DNA of 32,000 nucleotides from Caedimonas varicaedens (GCA_001192655.1 BBVC01000019.1:1-32000), one strand, 5' to 3'; numbered from the stretch's first letter, positions 19,493 through 29,779 are shown. Numbers and translations: made by a program. The notes: generated by a model not told the origin, from the sequence alone.

Positions 19493-21772
19493 ATGGCTGA
19501 GTTTGGTGAAAGCGCTCTTATCTCGTTGATTTTTATCTCAGCCTTTCAAATTTTTATACCTCTCATTTTTTATAAAGCTATGCCTGAAACCATTTTGCGC
19601 CTAGCCCAGACAACGCAATATTTTCAGTTTTTCCTTATCATTCTTGCATTTTCAACGCTCATTTATTCTTATGTTGTGACAGACTTGGGAATCTTTAATG
19701 TGGCCATGAATACTCATCATGAAGCACCCCTGCTTTACAAAATCACAGGAGTCTGGGGGAATCATGAAGGGTCAATGCTTTTGTGGCTTTGTATCCTGAT
19801 TTTTTACGGTAGTGCGGTGGCGTCTGTTTCTTCCTGCCCTTTTTCGCTCAAGATAAAAGTTTTAAGTGTGCAGGGTTTGCTCTCCTGCGCGTTTACTCTT
19901 TTCGTCTTCTATACGTCTAATCCTTTTCTGAAAGCGCCTGTTTTTTTATCAAGTGGGCGAGATCTGAATCCTATTTTACAGGATCCTGCTCTTGCTTTTC
20001 ACCCGCCCACACTTTATTTGGGCTTTGTGGGATTCTCTATTGTTTATAGTTTTGCTTTAGCTTCTCTTTTAGAGAAAAAACCTGATTTTCAATGGGTACA
20101 ATGGGTGCGTCCCTGGGCTTTGATGGCGTGGAGTTTCCTCAGTCTGGGCATTACGATGGGCAGCTGGTGGGCGTATTATGAACTGGGATGGGGTGGCTGG
20201 TGGTTTTGGGATCCTGTGGAAAATGCATCTCTGATGCCCTGGCTTGTGGGAACGGCGTTGATCCATGCTCTGGCTGTTGCCCAAAAAAGACATCTCTTGG
20301 TAAGGTGGTCTTATTTTTTGTGCATTCTGTCTTTCCTTTTAAGTTTGATCGGAACTTTTCTTGTACGGTCTGGCTCTCTGTCGTCGGTTCATACTTTTGC
20401 CAGTGATCCTGCTCGAGGCACCTTTCTGCTTGTCATATTGGCGGGATCTTTTCTGTTATCCATGAGCATCCTTGCTGTTCGTTTTAAAAAAATTTCGATT
20501 TATAAAAAACTCACCCCTCTTATATCCCGTGAAAATGGAATTCTTTTTAATAATCATTTTCTGTTGACTCTTGCTTTTACAGTTCTTTTGGGAACGCTTT
20601 ATCCTCTTCTCATTGAAGCGATAACAGGCGAGTCTATTACAGTGGGCGCTCCTTATTTTAAGGCAACATTTGTTCCTCTTGCTCTTCCTCTATTGGGGCT
20701 TATGGGGTTGAGTCTATGGATGACGTGGGGGAAGGGGGGAACATTGCAAAAAATAAGTCCCCATCTATGGTTTCCTCTTGTCATGACTTTGGGAGCAGGG
20801 ATAGGGCTACTTCTTTTTTACCACCATCATAATTGGCACTCTATTTTGATGACTGCAGCAGGAGTTTGGATTCTTGTGTCGACACTTGGTGCATTTATTC
20901 AAAAGCGTTCCCAAAATCCATTTTCCATGCTTCTTGCCCATGGGGGGCTGGCGATTGCCATTCTGGGAATGGGGATAGATACCCTGGGAACGCAGGAAAA
21001 GCTTGTGGCACTCAGGCAGGGAGAATCCATAGAGTTCCAGGGTTACAAAATTGAACTACAATCCGTTCAGCGTCATAAATTCCCCAACTATGAGGCTGAG
21101 CGTGCAACAATCTCGCTGAAAAAAAAAGGAAGAACATCTATTCTGTTTCCTGAGAAGAGGTTCTATAGAGCGCATCAAACCCTGACAACGGAAACGGCCT
21201 TGCATCATTTCTGGTTCTCTAACCTTTATTTTGCCTTGGGCCCTCTTTTGACAGGAGATCGATGGACATTGCGTGTCTATTACCACCCTCTGGTCGAGCT
21301 TATTTGGTTGGGGGGAATTTTATTAGCTACAGGGGGATTTCTGGGGCTTATTCCTAGGCAGATTTTCAGAAGAAAAATGCGTAAAAAGGGACTCTCTCTT
21401 ATTTTATTCCTGTTTTTGGGGAGAGTATTTCCTGCTGAAGCTGTAGAAATCGGTGAGCGTCTTTTAAATCCCGTGCTAGAACAACGCGCCCGTATCCTTT
21501 CTAGCGAGATTAAATGTCCTGTTTGTGCGGGGCAGTCTATCGAAGATTCTCAAGCTCCCTTGGCACGAAAGCTGAGGCGATCGATTCGTGAATCCCTGCT
21601 TGAAAACAAGACAGATGAGGAAATTCGGCAGAAGCTGATTCATCTTTATGGCGAAAATGTTCTGTTTAAGCCTGTATTTGATTTCAAAAATTCTCTTTTA
21701 TGGATTCTTCCGTTTCTCATTGGTTTGGGCAGTGTTGGATTGACTCTGTGGCGCTTTTACAGGAAAAAATGA
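19493..21772 (+). CDS. ccmF: cytochrome c heme lyase subunit CcmF continuing in frame into a CcmH (CycL) domain (759 aa)
   Basis: CcmF: WWD motif WGGWWFWDPVENASLMPWL and many TM helices (residues 1-628). From Met629 (ATG 21377) it reads MRKKGLSLILFLFLGRVFPAEA...IKCPVCAGQSIEDSQAPLARKLRRSIRE...LYGENVLFKP plus a C-terminal TM. This is a CcmH with its CxxC motif. No stop codon separates the two. Confidence 0.85.
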   Translation: MAEFGESALISLIFISAFQIFIPLIFYKAMPETILRLAQTTQYFQFFLIILAFSTLIYSYVVTDLGIFNVAMNTHHEAPLLYKITGVWGNHEGSMLLWLCILIFYGSAVASVSSCPFSLKIKVLSVQGLLSCAFTLFVFYTSNPFLKAPVFLSSGRDLNPILQDPALAFHPPTLYLGFVGFSIVYSFALASLLEKKPDFQWVQWVRPWALMAWSFLSLGITMGSWWAYYELGWGGWWFWDPVENASLMPWLVGTALIHALAVAQKRHLLVRWSYFLCILSFLLSLIGTFLVRSGSLSSVHTFASDPARGTFLLVILAGSFLLSMSILAVRFKKISIYKKLTPLISRENGILFNNHFLLTLAFTVLLGTLYPLLIEAITGESITVGAPYFKATFVPLALPLLGLMGLSLWMTWGKGGTLQKISPHLWFPLVMTLGAGIGLLLFYHHHNWHSILMTAAGVWILVSTLGAFIQKRSQNPFSMLLAHGGLAIAILGMGIDTLGTQEKLVALRQGESIEFQGYKIELQSVQRHKFPNYEAERATISLKKKGRTSILFPEKRFYRAHQTLTTETALHHFWFSNLYFALGPLLTGDRWTLRVYYHPLVELIWLGGILLATGGFLGLIPRQIFRRKMRKKGLSLILFLFLGRVFPAEAVEIGERLLNPVLEQRARILSSEIKCPVCAGQSIEDSQAPLARKLRRSIRESLLENKTDEEIRQKLIHLYGENVLFKPVFDFKNSLLWILPFLIGLGSVGLTLWRFYRKK

Positions 21773-21826
21773 TATAACAACAAGCGGCATAACAAATCGC
21801 CACCTGTTATACAACCTAATGAAGTC

Positions 21827-22537
21827 TTATTGAGAAAGTGACAGAGTATATAAATTCCTTGGATTTCCGAATTCTGTTTCTGCTAGATATTGAGGTTCAT
21901 TAAAATATTTCTTCAGAAGCTTATTCACTGGTTGATTATTTAGCATGGCTGTTGCGTGAAGAGCTTTAATTGGTTGTTCTCCGATAGCGAAATTCTCTTT
22001 TTGAAGAAAAGGAATATAATCCTTAATCATGATTTCAGTAATTATGGTTGCATATTTTTTACCAGAATATTCCGGTTTTCCAAACCCGACTAATCCTAAA
22101 ATACCTTCTTTGTTAATATCCCAGTTTGTGTGAGGAGTAAAAAGGCCAACAACACCAACGACTTCTTCATTTATGCTAACGACGAACCGCATATTATAAA
22201 AAAGTGTATTTTTTGCAAGTGATTCGCGCCAGCAGTGTTCATAAGCGCTTAATTCTTTTTCAACAGTCTGTCTAGTTTTTGTTTTTCCATCTCCTACCCA
22301 TTGCATTACTGCTTTATTTTCATAAATGGGCATCAATACATCCAGGTTTTCCTTCCGAACAGGTTTTAATACAAGTGGATCATGGTGAATGATAATATCA
22401 GAAATATCTTTGGAGAAATTAATATAGGTAAGGGGGGTAGGTAACTCTTCATCTGTCGTCAAATCCGTTGCGTGTAGCGGTGAAATTATTAACAAGGTTA
22501 AAAGAGTTAACGATAATAAATCTAAAGTTCTTTTCAT
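21827..22537 (-). CDS. signal-peptide-bearing GNAT-like (RimJ/RimL-type) N-acetyltransferase family protein
   Basis: Start at MKRTLDLLSLTLLTLLIISPLHA (ATG 22537, AGGAG upstream); the listed 22744 start is rejected. GNAT-like strings: ..PIYENKAVMQWVGDG.., ..FVVSINEEVVGVVGLF.., ..GFGKPEYSGKKYATIITEIMIKDY.., ..LHATAMLNNQPVNKLLKKYF... The fold assignment was not verified. Confidence 0.5.
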   Translation of the reverse strand: MKRTLDLLSLTLLTLLIISPLHATDLTTDEELPTPLTYINFSKDISDIIIHHDPLVLKPVRKENLDVLMPIYENKAVMQWVGDGKTKTRQTVEKELSAYEHCWRESLAKNTLFYNMRFVVSINEEVVGVVGLFTPHTNWDINKEGILGLVGFGKPEYSGKKYATIITEIMIKDYIPFLQKENFAIGEQPIKALHATAMLNNQPVNKLLKKYFNEPQYLAETEFGNPRNLYTLSLSQ

Positions 22538-22784
22538 AAAATAACTCCTATTTTTTTGATGGCTGTTTTTTTTAATTTTTAGAGGAAATGAATAGTAATA
22601 TTCACTAATAAAAACAAGACACTCTTGAATTAGAGTAGCAAGAATTAGTCTTGTAGACAAGCTAGGTGATGAGGATCCAAAAAAATAATGCTTGAACGTA
22701 CAAAAATTTGGAAGGAAAAGGATAGGCTGTACACTGAAAATCATGTTATAGTGACTGCTTATAATTCATAAGCTGTGTGCCAAT

Positions 22785-23435
22785 ATGACCTTTCATCGTG
22801 TTAAGATAGCACCGTCCATTCTTTCCTGTGATTTTGCGAGACTGGGAGCAGAAATAGAAGCCGTTACCCAGGCGGGTGCGGATATGATTCATATTGATGT
22901 AATGGACGGCCATTTTGTGCCTAATTTGACACTGGGACCTGATATTATTAAAGCGATCAGACCTTACTCTTCTCTTCCTTTCGATGTTCATTTGATGGTC
23001 AGTCCTGCTGATCTTCTGATCGATCGTTTTATTGAGGTAGGCGCTGATATCCTGACCATTCATCCCGAAGCCAATCCTCATATGCACCGCACCTTGCAAA
23101 AAATTCGCTATCATCGCAAAAAAGCAGGTATCGCTCTCAATCCAGCAACACCTCTTGATGTGCTTGATTATATCCTGGAAGATGTAGATCTTATTCTTGT
23201 GATGACTGTGAATCCAGGCTTTGGGGGGCAGACTTTCATTCCTTCGCAACTTGAGAAAATCAGGGCTGTGCGAGAAATCATCGGAATGCGTTCTATTGAA
23301 TTGGCTGTGGACGGGGGAATCTCAGCCGAAACAGGGGCTCAGGCGAGAGCCGCAGGGGCAACAGTGCTGGTTGCAGGCACAGCAATCTTCAAAAATCCTG
23401 ATTATGCGCAAGGTATCAAAAGCTTGCGTTCATAA
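22785..23435 (+). CDS. rpe: ribulose-phosphate 3-epimerase
   Basis: ..IAPSILSCDF.., HIDVMDGHFVPN, ..MTVNPGFGGQ.F.. motifs; 216 aa. Confidence 0.93.
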   Translation: MTFHRVKIAPSILSCDFARLGAEIEAVTQAGADMIHIDVMDGHFVPNLTLGPDIIKAIRPYSSLPFDVHLMVSPADLLIDRFIEVGADILTIHPEANPHMHRTLQKIRYHRKKAGIALNPATPLDVLDYILEDVDLILVMTVNPGFGGQTFIPSQLEKIRAVREIIGMRSIELAVDGGISAETGAQARAAGATVLVAGTAIFKNPDYAQGIKSLRS

Positions 23436-23547
23436 AATTATATCCCTGCAAGCTGTATACGCGACAACAAACAGGTTTTTTCAATTTGGAGAGAAGTGTA
23501 TACTCAGCCAGATTAAATATTTTTAATAACGACTGAAGTATCTATTG

Positions 23548-24606
23548 ATGACATCCCTGGATCATTCAATTTTGACAGAAATCAAGGGAAGGGTGGGGCT
23601 TGTCACGCTTCATCGACCTTCTGCATTGAATGCATTAAATGTAGAGATGATTTCTCATCTTTCACGGACGCTTGATCTATGGCGTGATGATTCGAATGTT
23701 TCTTGCGTTGTTCTTCAAGGTACTGGTGAGCGGGCATTTTGCGCAGGCGGTGATTTGCGCAGCGTGTACGAAGCCAAACAACGAGATGACACAGAAGCTT
23801 TGTCCTTTCTCTTTCGGGAAGAATATCGGCTCAATTATAAAATTCATATGTTCCCAAAACCCTATATTTCCTTTCTGCACGGTTATACCATGGGGGGCGG
23901 GCTGGGCATTTCTGTTCATGGTTCTCATCGTATTGTGTGCGAGGGTTCCTGTTTAGCAATGCCTGAAGTGACGATCGGCTACTTCCCTGATGTGGGCGCC
24001 GGTTATTTTCTTAATCAATGTCCCGGATTTTTGGGTATGTATCTGGCGTTGACAGGAATTTATATATCTGCAGAAGATGCTCTTTATGCAAGGTTAGCAA
24101 CTCACTATGTCCGCAAGGAAAATTATCAGGAACTGTTCCAGGATTTTTGCCATCGCTCTCCTGCAACTTCTTATGAGGTGGAAGAAATCCTGGGAAGATT
24201 TCAAGAGCCGGTGCCTGTTTCTTCTCTGAAAGAACGAAGAGGAGAGATTGATCGTCTTTTTGGAAAAGAGCAATTTGACGATATTTTGCGGACTCTTGAG
24301 CAGGAAAAATCAGAATTTTCAGACGAATGCCTGAAGACCCTCTCTACAAAATCTCCTTCCAGCCTGAAAGTGACTTTTGAGCTTCTTAAAAGAATGCGGG
24401 GGAAGTCTCTTAGGGAAGCTCTGCATTATGATTTTTTGCTGGCGCAAAAATTTGGCAAACATCCAGATTTTTTTGAAGGTATTCGCGCTGCGATCATTGA
24501 TAAGGATCAGAATCCCCAGTGGCAACCCAAAACCCTTGATGAGGTGACTCAAAACGTTGTAGAAGAATATTTCGTTGCCCATTCAGATCAGAAACTATTT
24601 GATTAA
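23548..24606 (+). CDS. enoyl-CoA hydratase/isomerase superfamily protein, 3-hydroxyisobutyryl-CoA hydrolase-like
   Basis: Crotonase motifs ..ERAFCAGGDLR.., ..GYTMGGGLGIS.., ..PEVTIGYFPDVG.. and the long C-terminal extension typical of the hydrolase (ECH_2) subgroup. Confidence 0.8.
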   Translation: MTSLDHSILTEIKGRVGLVTLHRPSALNALNVEMISHLSRTLDLWRDDSNVSCVVLQGTGERAFCAGGDLRSVYEAKQRDDTEALSFLFREEYRLNYKIHMFPKPYISFLHGYTMGGGLGISVHGSHRIVCEGSCLAMPEVTIGYFPDVGAGYFLNQCPGFLGMYLALTGIYISAEDALYARLATHYVRKENYQELFQDFCHRSPATSYEVEEILGRFQEPVPVSSLKERRGEIDRLFGKEQFDDILRTLEQEKSEFSDECLKTLSTKSPSSLKVTFELLKRMRGKSLREALHYDFLLAQKFGKHPDFFEGIRAAIIDKDQNPQWQPKTLDEVTQNVVEEYFVAHSDQKLFD

Positions 24607-24612
24607 TTACTC

Positions 24613-27600
24613 ATGCAAATGCTTATTCCTATTCTGTCGGTGATTCCCGGGCGTCAAACGCTTTATGGTGTGACGGACAGCTTTGATGCTTTTGTTCTGG
24701 CAGCGTTGGCGGAACAAAATCCAGGGCGTCCTGTTTTGCATGTTTGTCGTCACGAAGCTCGTCTTTCTTTGTTGTCTCAAGAGCTTGAATTTTTGGCTCC
24801 CGGGGTTGAAGTTTTGGTTTTTCCTGCGTGGGATTGCTTGCCTTATGATCGTATTTCTCCGAAAAAAGATATTGTTGGCAAGCGTGTGGAAACGCTGGTT
24901 CGTTTGCTGCAACCTCAAACAGCGCCGCGTATTCTTCTGGTCAGTGCCGCAAGTTTTTTTCAGCGGGTATCGCCGCGAAGACTTTATCAGGGGGTGTCTC
25001 TTACTATCAGAAAAGGAGAGAAAATTACGCAAAAAACGCTGGAAGATTATTTTCTTTCTCATGGATTCAACTCTGTTATGACGGTGAGGGAGCCCAGCGA
25101 ATTTTCTTTTCGTGGCGGGATCGTCGATTTTTTCCCGGCGGCTCATGCTTTGCCTTATCGACTTGACCTTTTTGGCGAAGAAGTCGATGAACTTAAAACC
25201 TTTGACCCCCTGACACAACTTAGCCAAACTCCAGTCGATGAAGTCTCATTGGCGCCTGCAAATGAAGTTTTGATTCATGAGGGAACCATAATTCATTTTC
25301 GACAATCCTACCGGCAGTATTTTGGTACAGCAGGAGACCAGGACCCCCTTTATCAGGCGATCAGCGCAGGAAGAAGTTATCCAGGGGTCGAACATTGGCT
25401 GCCTCTCTTTTATGATTCCCTTGAAACGCTTTTGGACTATCTTCACAATCCACTTGTCTGTTTTGATCAACGCGCGCTGGATGCCGCCAAGACGCGTTTA
25501 GAGCAAGTGCAGGAATACTACGATGCCCGCACAAAATTTAAGGAAGCAGAGAAGGGAAAATCAGGTCTTCCCTATCATCCCCTTCCATCTCAGCTTCTTT
25601 ATCCTTCCATGACAGAAATGGACCAGAAGCTTGAATCCATGACAGTTTTCCATTTTTCACCCTTTGCTCCTCCTTCAGGGCAAGAGATTGACTTGACGGC
25701 GCGCGCTATTCCGGATTTTTCCGCTTCTCGTCATCGTCAGGAAATTAATCTTTTTGACCATCTGCAAGAGCGTATTTTGGCAGCCCAACAAAAGCAAAAG
25801 AAAGTTGTTCTTGCTTGTTTTAGCTCAGGTTCAGGAGATCGTTTTTCCAAAGTTTTAAAAGAACGTGATTTAACTGCTCGATGGCTTGCGCACTTTAGTG
25901 ACATCAGGGATCTTCTTTGTCATCAGGTTGGGCTGATTCAACTTCCTCTGGAATATGGATTTGAGACACCTGTTCTTTTGTTAATGACAGAACAGGATAT
26001 TTTGGGAGAGCGTCAGACACGTCCTGCCAAAAGGCAGCGTCGTTCAGATCTTTTCATCGGTGAGGTTTCTTCTCTGAATGAAGGCGATTATGTGGTGCAT
26101 CAGGAGCATGGCATAGGACAATTCAAAGGACTCTTGACGCTGACTGTGGGCGAAATTCCTCATGATTGTGTTGTCTTGATGTATGAAGGGGGCGACAAGC
26201 TTTTTGTTCCTGTAGAAAACTTGGACATTTTATCTCGTTATGGCGGGGAGTCCAGCTTTGTGACTTTGGACAAACTGGGAAGCAGTGCCTGGCAGAATCG
26301 AAAAGCCAAAATAAAAAAACGGCTTTTGGAAATTGCTCAACACCTGATTGCGCTGGCGGCAGAACGCCAAGTTCGTGTTGCAGAAATCTTTCATCGCAAT
26401 GAAAGTCTGTATCAGGAATTTTCAGCCCGCTTCCCCTATAATGAAACGGAAGATCAAGCGCGTGTTATCGAAGAAACTCTGGATGATCTTGCTATAGGAA
26501 AGCCAATGGATCGTCTGGTATGTGGTGACGTAGGTTTTGGTAAAACAGAAGTCGCGATGCGTGCTGCTTTTGTTGTCGCTTCTGCAGGCAAACAGGTTGC
26601 TCTGATTGTGCCTACGACTCTTCTCTGTCGCCAGCATTTTCGTAATTTCCAGGAACGTTTTCAAGGATTAGGGTTGCATATCGCGCAGCTTTCACGTTTG
26701 GTCTCAGCTAAAGACGCAAAGCACATCAAAGAAGATATAAGCAAGGGTGCCGTGGATATTGTTGTGGGCACCCATAGCCTTTTAAGCGCATCCTTACACT
26801 TCAAAAATTTGGGCTTGGTGATTGTTGATGAAGAACAACACTTTGGCGTTAAACAGAAGGAACGTTTGAAGGAACTACAAAAAGATGTCCACCTTTTGAC
26901 ATTAAGCGCGACCCCTATTCCCAGGACGTTGCAAATGGCATTGTCGGGCGTCAGGGATCTTTCTCTGATTACGACGCCGCCTATTGATCGCCTGGCGGTC
27001 AGAACCTTTGTGATGCCTTTTGACGCTGTGGTGGTGCGTGAAGCAATTTTGCGCGAGATTTACAGGGGGGGACAGGTATTTTATGTTAGTCCCCGCATTG
27101 AAGACCTTGAAGAGCTGACAGAACGCTTGAAATCTCTTGTCCCGGAAGCCCGTACGGTTATTGCTCATGGTCAGCAATCCGCGACTGTCCTTGAGAAAGT
27201 GATGAACGATTTTTATGATAAAAAGTATGAGATTCTTCTTTCTACAAACATTATTGAGTCTGGTTTAGATATGCCTTCAGTGAATACAATGATTATCCAT
27301 CGGGCTGACCTTTTCGGTCTTGCCCAGCTTTATCAGTTGAGAGGGCGAGTGGGGCGCGCCAAAGTCCGTGGTTATGCCTATCTTATTTTACCTGAACATA
27401 ACGTTATTTCTGCGACGGCGCAAAAACGTCTTGAGGTGATGCAAACTCTGGATACGTTGGGCGCGGGATTTCAGCTGGCCAGCCATGATATGGATATTCG
27501 GGGAGCGGGAAATCTTCTGGGGGAAGAGCAATCGGGGCATATTCGGGAAGTGGGTGTTGAACTTTATCAGCAAATGTTGGAAGAAGCGATCCATGAAGTC

Positions 27601-28092
27601 CAGCAAGGTCATGAAAATCCAGCGCCTGTTTCCTGGTCTCCCCAGCTTAACCTGGGCTTGCCTGTGATGATTCCTGAGACTTATGTTCCTGATCTTGCCG
27701 TTCGTCTTCATCTTTACAGGCGACTTTCAACAGTAGAAACTGAAGAAGAAATTCATAGTTTAGAACGGGAACTTATGGATCGATTTGGTACATTGCCTGA
27801 TGAAGTGGGTAATCTTTTAAAAATATTGGCGCTTAAGCAACTTTGTCGGAAAGCAGGCATTGAGAAACTGGATGCTGGCGAAAAAGGATGTGTTTTATCC
27901 TTTTCTAATCAGAGTTTTTCCAATCCTCTGGCTTTAGTCGCTTATATTAATCAGCATCAGGGGACGATTCGATTTCGCCCTGATCAAAAGCTTGTTTTCC
28001 TGAAAGTGTGGAAAACTCCCTCTCTCAAGGTGGAAGGGGTTAAAAAGATTTTGCAGGAGTTAATTTCTCTTGCAGATAGCAGAGAAATATAA
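24613..28092 (+). CDS. mfd: transcription-repair coupling factor
   Basis: 1159 aa. RNAP-interacting CarD-like region (GDYVVHQEHGIGQFKG), SF2 helicase motifs GDVGFGKTEVA and VDEEQHFG, ..SATPIPRTL.., ..QLRGRVGR.., and the TRG/C-terminal domain. Confidence 0.95.
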   Translation: MQMLIPILSVIPGRQTLYGVTDSFDAFVLAALAEQNPGRPVLHVCRHEARLSLLSQELEFLAPGVEVLVFPAWDCLPYDRISPKKDIVGKRVETLVRLLQPQTAPRILLVSAASFFQRVSPRRLYQGVSLTIRKGEKITQKTLEDYFLSHGFNSVMTVREPSEFSFRGGIVDFFPAAHALPYRLDLFGEEVDELKTFDPLTQLSQTPVDEVSLAPANEVLIHEGTIIHFRQSYRQYFGTAGDQDPLYQAISAGRSYPGVEHWLPLFYDSLETLLDYLHNPLVCFDQRALDAAKTRLEQVQEYYDARTKFKEAEKGKSGLPYHPLPSQLLYPSMTEMDQKLESMTVFHFSPFAPPSGQEIDLTARAIPDFSASRHRQEINLFDHLQERILAAQQKQKKVVLACFSSGSGDRFSKVLKERDLTARWLAHFSDIRDLLCHQVGLIQLPLEYGFETPVLLLMTEQDILGERQTRPAKRQRRSDLFIGEVSSLNEGDYVVHQEHGIGQFKGLLTLTVGEIPHDCVVLMYEGGDKLFVPVENLDILSRYGGESSFVTLDKLGSSAWQNRKAKIKKRLLEIAQHLIALAAERQVRVAEIFHRNESLYQEFSARFPYNETEDQARVIEETLDDLAIGKPMDRLVCGDVGFGKTEVAMRAAFVVASAGKQVALIVPTTLLCRQHFRNFQERFQGLGLHIAQLSRLVSAKDAKHIKEDISKGAVDIVVGTHSLLSASLHFKNLGLVIVDEEQHFGVKQKERLKELQKDVHLLTLSATPIPRTLQMALSGVRDLSLITTPPIDRLAVRTFVMPFDAVVVREAILREIYRGGQVFYVSPRIEDLEELTERLKSLVPEARTVIAHGQQSATVLEKVMNDFYDKKYEILLSTNIIESGLDMPSVNTMIIHRADLFGLAQLYQLRGRVGRAKVRGYAYLILPEHNVISATAQKRLEVMQTLDTLGAGFQLASHDMDIRGAGNLLGEEQSGHIREVGVELYQQMLEEAIHEVQQGHENPAPVSWSPQLNLGLPVMIPETYVPDLAVRLHLYRRLSTVETEEEIHSLERELMDRFGTLPDEVGNLLKILALKQLCRKAGIEKLDAGEKGCVLSFSNQSFSNPLALVAYINQHQGTIRFRPDQKLVFLKVWKTPSLKVEGVKKILQELISLADSREI

Positions 28093-28098
28093 GGCAGA

Positions 28099-28638
28099 AT
28101 GAATTCTTCTTCAAAAATTTTGATGGGTTTTATTATGGGCGCTTGTGGTATTCGCGGGGGGATGCGATTCAAGTCTTATGGGGAATCCCCCAAAGATCTT
28201 AAATCCTATAAGGTATTTCAGGATCAAACAGGTTGTCAGCAGCTTAAAATAATTCAGATATTGCCGTATAAAGAGAATATCATTACGCTTTACCTGGAAG
28301 GGATTACCACAAGAAGTCAAGCAGAAGCGCTTAGGGGAATGTCCCTTTATATTGATCATACTCAGCTTAAAAAGCTTTCAAAAGATGAATTTTATTATCA
28401 TGATTTGGAAGGGTTGATTGTCCGGAATGAAGAAAACTGCGTTATTGGACAGGTAAAAACAGTTGTGAGCTATGGCGCTGATTCTATGTTGGGTGTTTGT
28501 CTTTTAGAAGATCCCTCTTCAGAGATCCTGATTCCTTTTCGGAAAGAATTTGTAAAAGCAGTTAATCAACAGGAAAAATATATTATCCTTGATACAGATT
28601 ATGTGCAGGCATTTCTTGACTTAAAAGGGCAATCTTAA
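28099..28638 (+). CDS. rimM: 16S rRNA processing protein RimM
   Basis: Size, the ..GACGIRGGMRFKSY.. N-terminal barrel motif, the PRC-barrel C-terminus, and its position directly upstream of trmD. Confidence 0.85.
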   Translation: MNSSSKILMGFIMGACGIRGGMRFKSYGESPKDLKSYKVFQDQTGCQQLKIIQILPYKENIITLYLEGITTRSQAEALRGMSLYIDHTQLKKLSKDEFYYHDLEGLIVRNEENCVIGQVKTVVSYGADSMLGVCLLEDPSSEILIPFRKEFVKAVNQQEKYIILDTDYVQAFLDLKGQS

Positions 28639-29348
28639 TGACTTTTGCAATTAAAATTTTTACATTGTACCCTGAAATTTTTCCAGGCCCTCTTCAATAC
28701 TCGCTTGTCGGGCGGGCGCTTCAGGAAAAAAAATGGTCTCTTGAGACTGTCAATATTCGTGATTTTGCTTTTGATCGGCATAAAACCGTTGATGATACAG
28801 CCTGCGGAGGAGGCCCTGGGATGGTGATGCGTGCTGATGTTATCGACCGTGCTTTAAAATTTCATTATCCAGTGTTTTCAAAATCCTTGATCTATTTGTC
28901 GCCGCGTGGCATACCATTGACACAGGAATATGTAAAAAAGCTTGCGCAAAGACCCTCTGTGGGGTTACTGTGTGGTCGATTCGAAGGGGTTGACCAACGC
29001 GTTCTTGATGCGTGGGAATTTGAAGAAGTGAGCATAGGTGATTTCATCCTTACGGGGGGCGAATTGCCTGCTATGGCTTTGATTGATGCGTGCGTACGGG
29101 TTCTGCCAGGTGTTATAGGCTCGGCTGAATCTCTGGAGGAAGAAAGCTTTTCTCAAGGGCTTTTGGAATATCCCCAGTATACGCGGCCCCGTGTGTGGGA
29201 AGGGCGTGAAGTTCCTGACATATTGCTTCAGGGGCACCACGAACAAATACGTCGTTGGCGTCAGGCGCAAGCTGAAGAGATTACGCGCGTTCGCAGACCC
29301 GATTTGTGGAAAAAGTATTGTGATACGCGAGACAAAGAGAAAGGATAA
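28638..29348 (+). CDS. trmD: tRNA (guanine37-N1)-methyltransferase
   Basis: ..[13 protein letters not shown].., ..[11 protein letters not shown].., ..[20 protein letters not shown].. (SPOUT knot). The start overlaps the rimM stop. Confidence 0.93.
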   Translation: MTFAIKIFTLYPEIFPGPLQYSLVGRALQEKKWSLETVNIRDFAFDRHKTVDDTACGGGPGMVMRADVIDRALKFHYPVFSKSLIYLSPRGIPLTQEYVKKLAQRPSVGLLCGRFEGVDQRVLDAWEFEEVSIGDFILTGGELPAMALIDACVRVLPGVIGSAESLEEESFSQGLLEYPQYTRPRVWEGREVPDILLQGHHEQIRRWRQAQAEEITRVRRPDLWKKYCDTRDKEKG

Positions 29349-29353
29349 AGAGA

Positions 29354-29779
29354 ATGAACATTCTTCAACAATTTGAGCAGGAACAAGTGACCAAGCTTGC
29401 GGCGAATAATCCTGTTCCCCAATTTTCAGCAGGCGATACATTACGTATCCACGTAAAGGTGGTTGAAGGAGAGCGAGAGAGGACACAGGCTTATGAAGGA
29501 TTCTGTATTGCGAGAAAAAATGCAGGAATTAATTCTTCCGTAACTGTCAGAAAGCTTTCCTTTGGAGAAGGTGTGGAGCGCGTATTTCCATTATATTCTC
29601 CCAATATTCGTATTGAAGTGGTGCGGTATGGTGACGTGCGACGGGCAAAGCTTTATTATTTACGCGCTCGTACGGGCAAGGCTGCGCGTATTACCGAGAA
29701 GAATACATATGTGCGTAATTTGAATAAGAAAAATCAGGAGATTATCACTTCTGAAGAATCTGTTTCTGAGGATATATAG
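29354..29779 (+). CDS. rplS: 50S ribosomal protein L19
   Basis: ..[60 protein letters not shown].. is the L19 pattern. Confidence 0.93.
   Translation: MNILQQFEQEQVTKLAANNPVPQFSAGDTLRIHVKVVEGERERTQAYEGFCIARKNAGINSSVTVRKLSFGEGVERVFPLYSPNIRIEVVRYGDVRRAKLYYLRARTGKAARITEKNTYVRNLNKKNQEIITSEESVSEDI

Noticed and set aside
22538-22744. N-terminal 69-codon extension of the GNAT-like ORF (listed start 22744)
   Set aside because: The extension has no RBS and an odd composition, and it would bury the signal peptide internally. The ATG at 22537 has an AGGAG at proper spacing.
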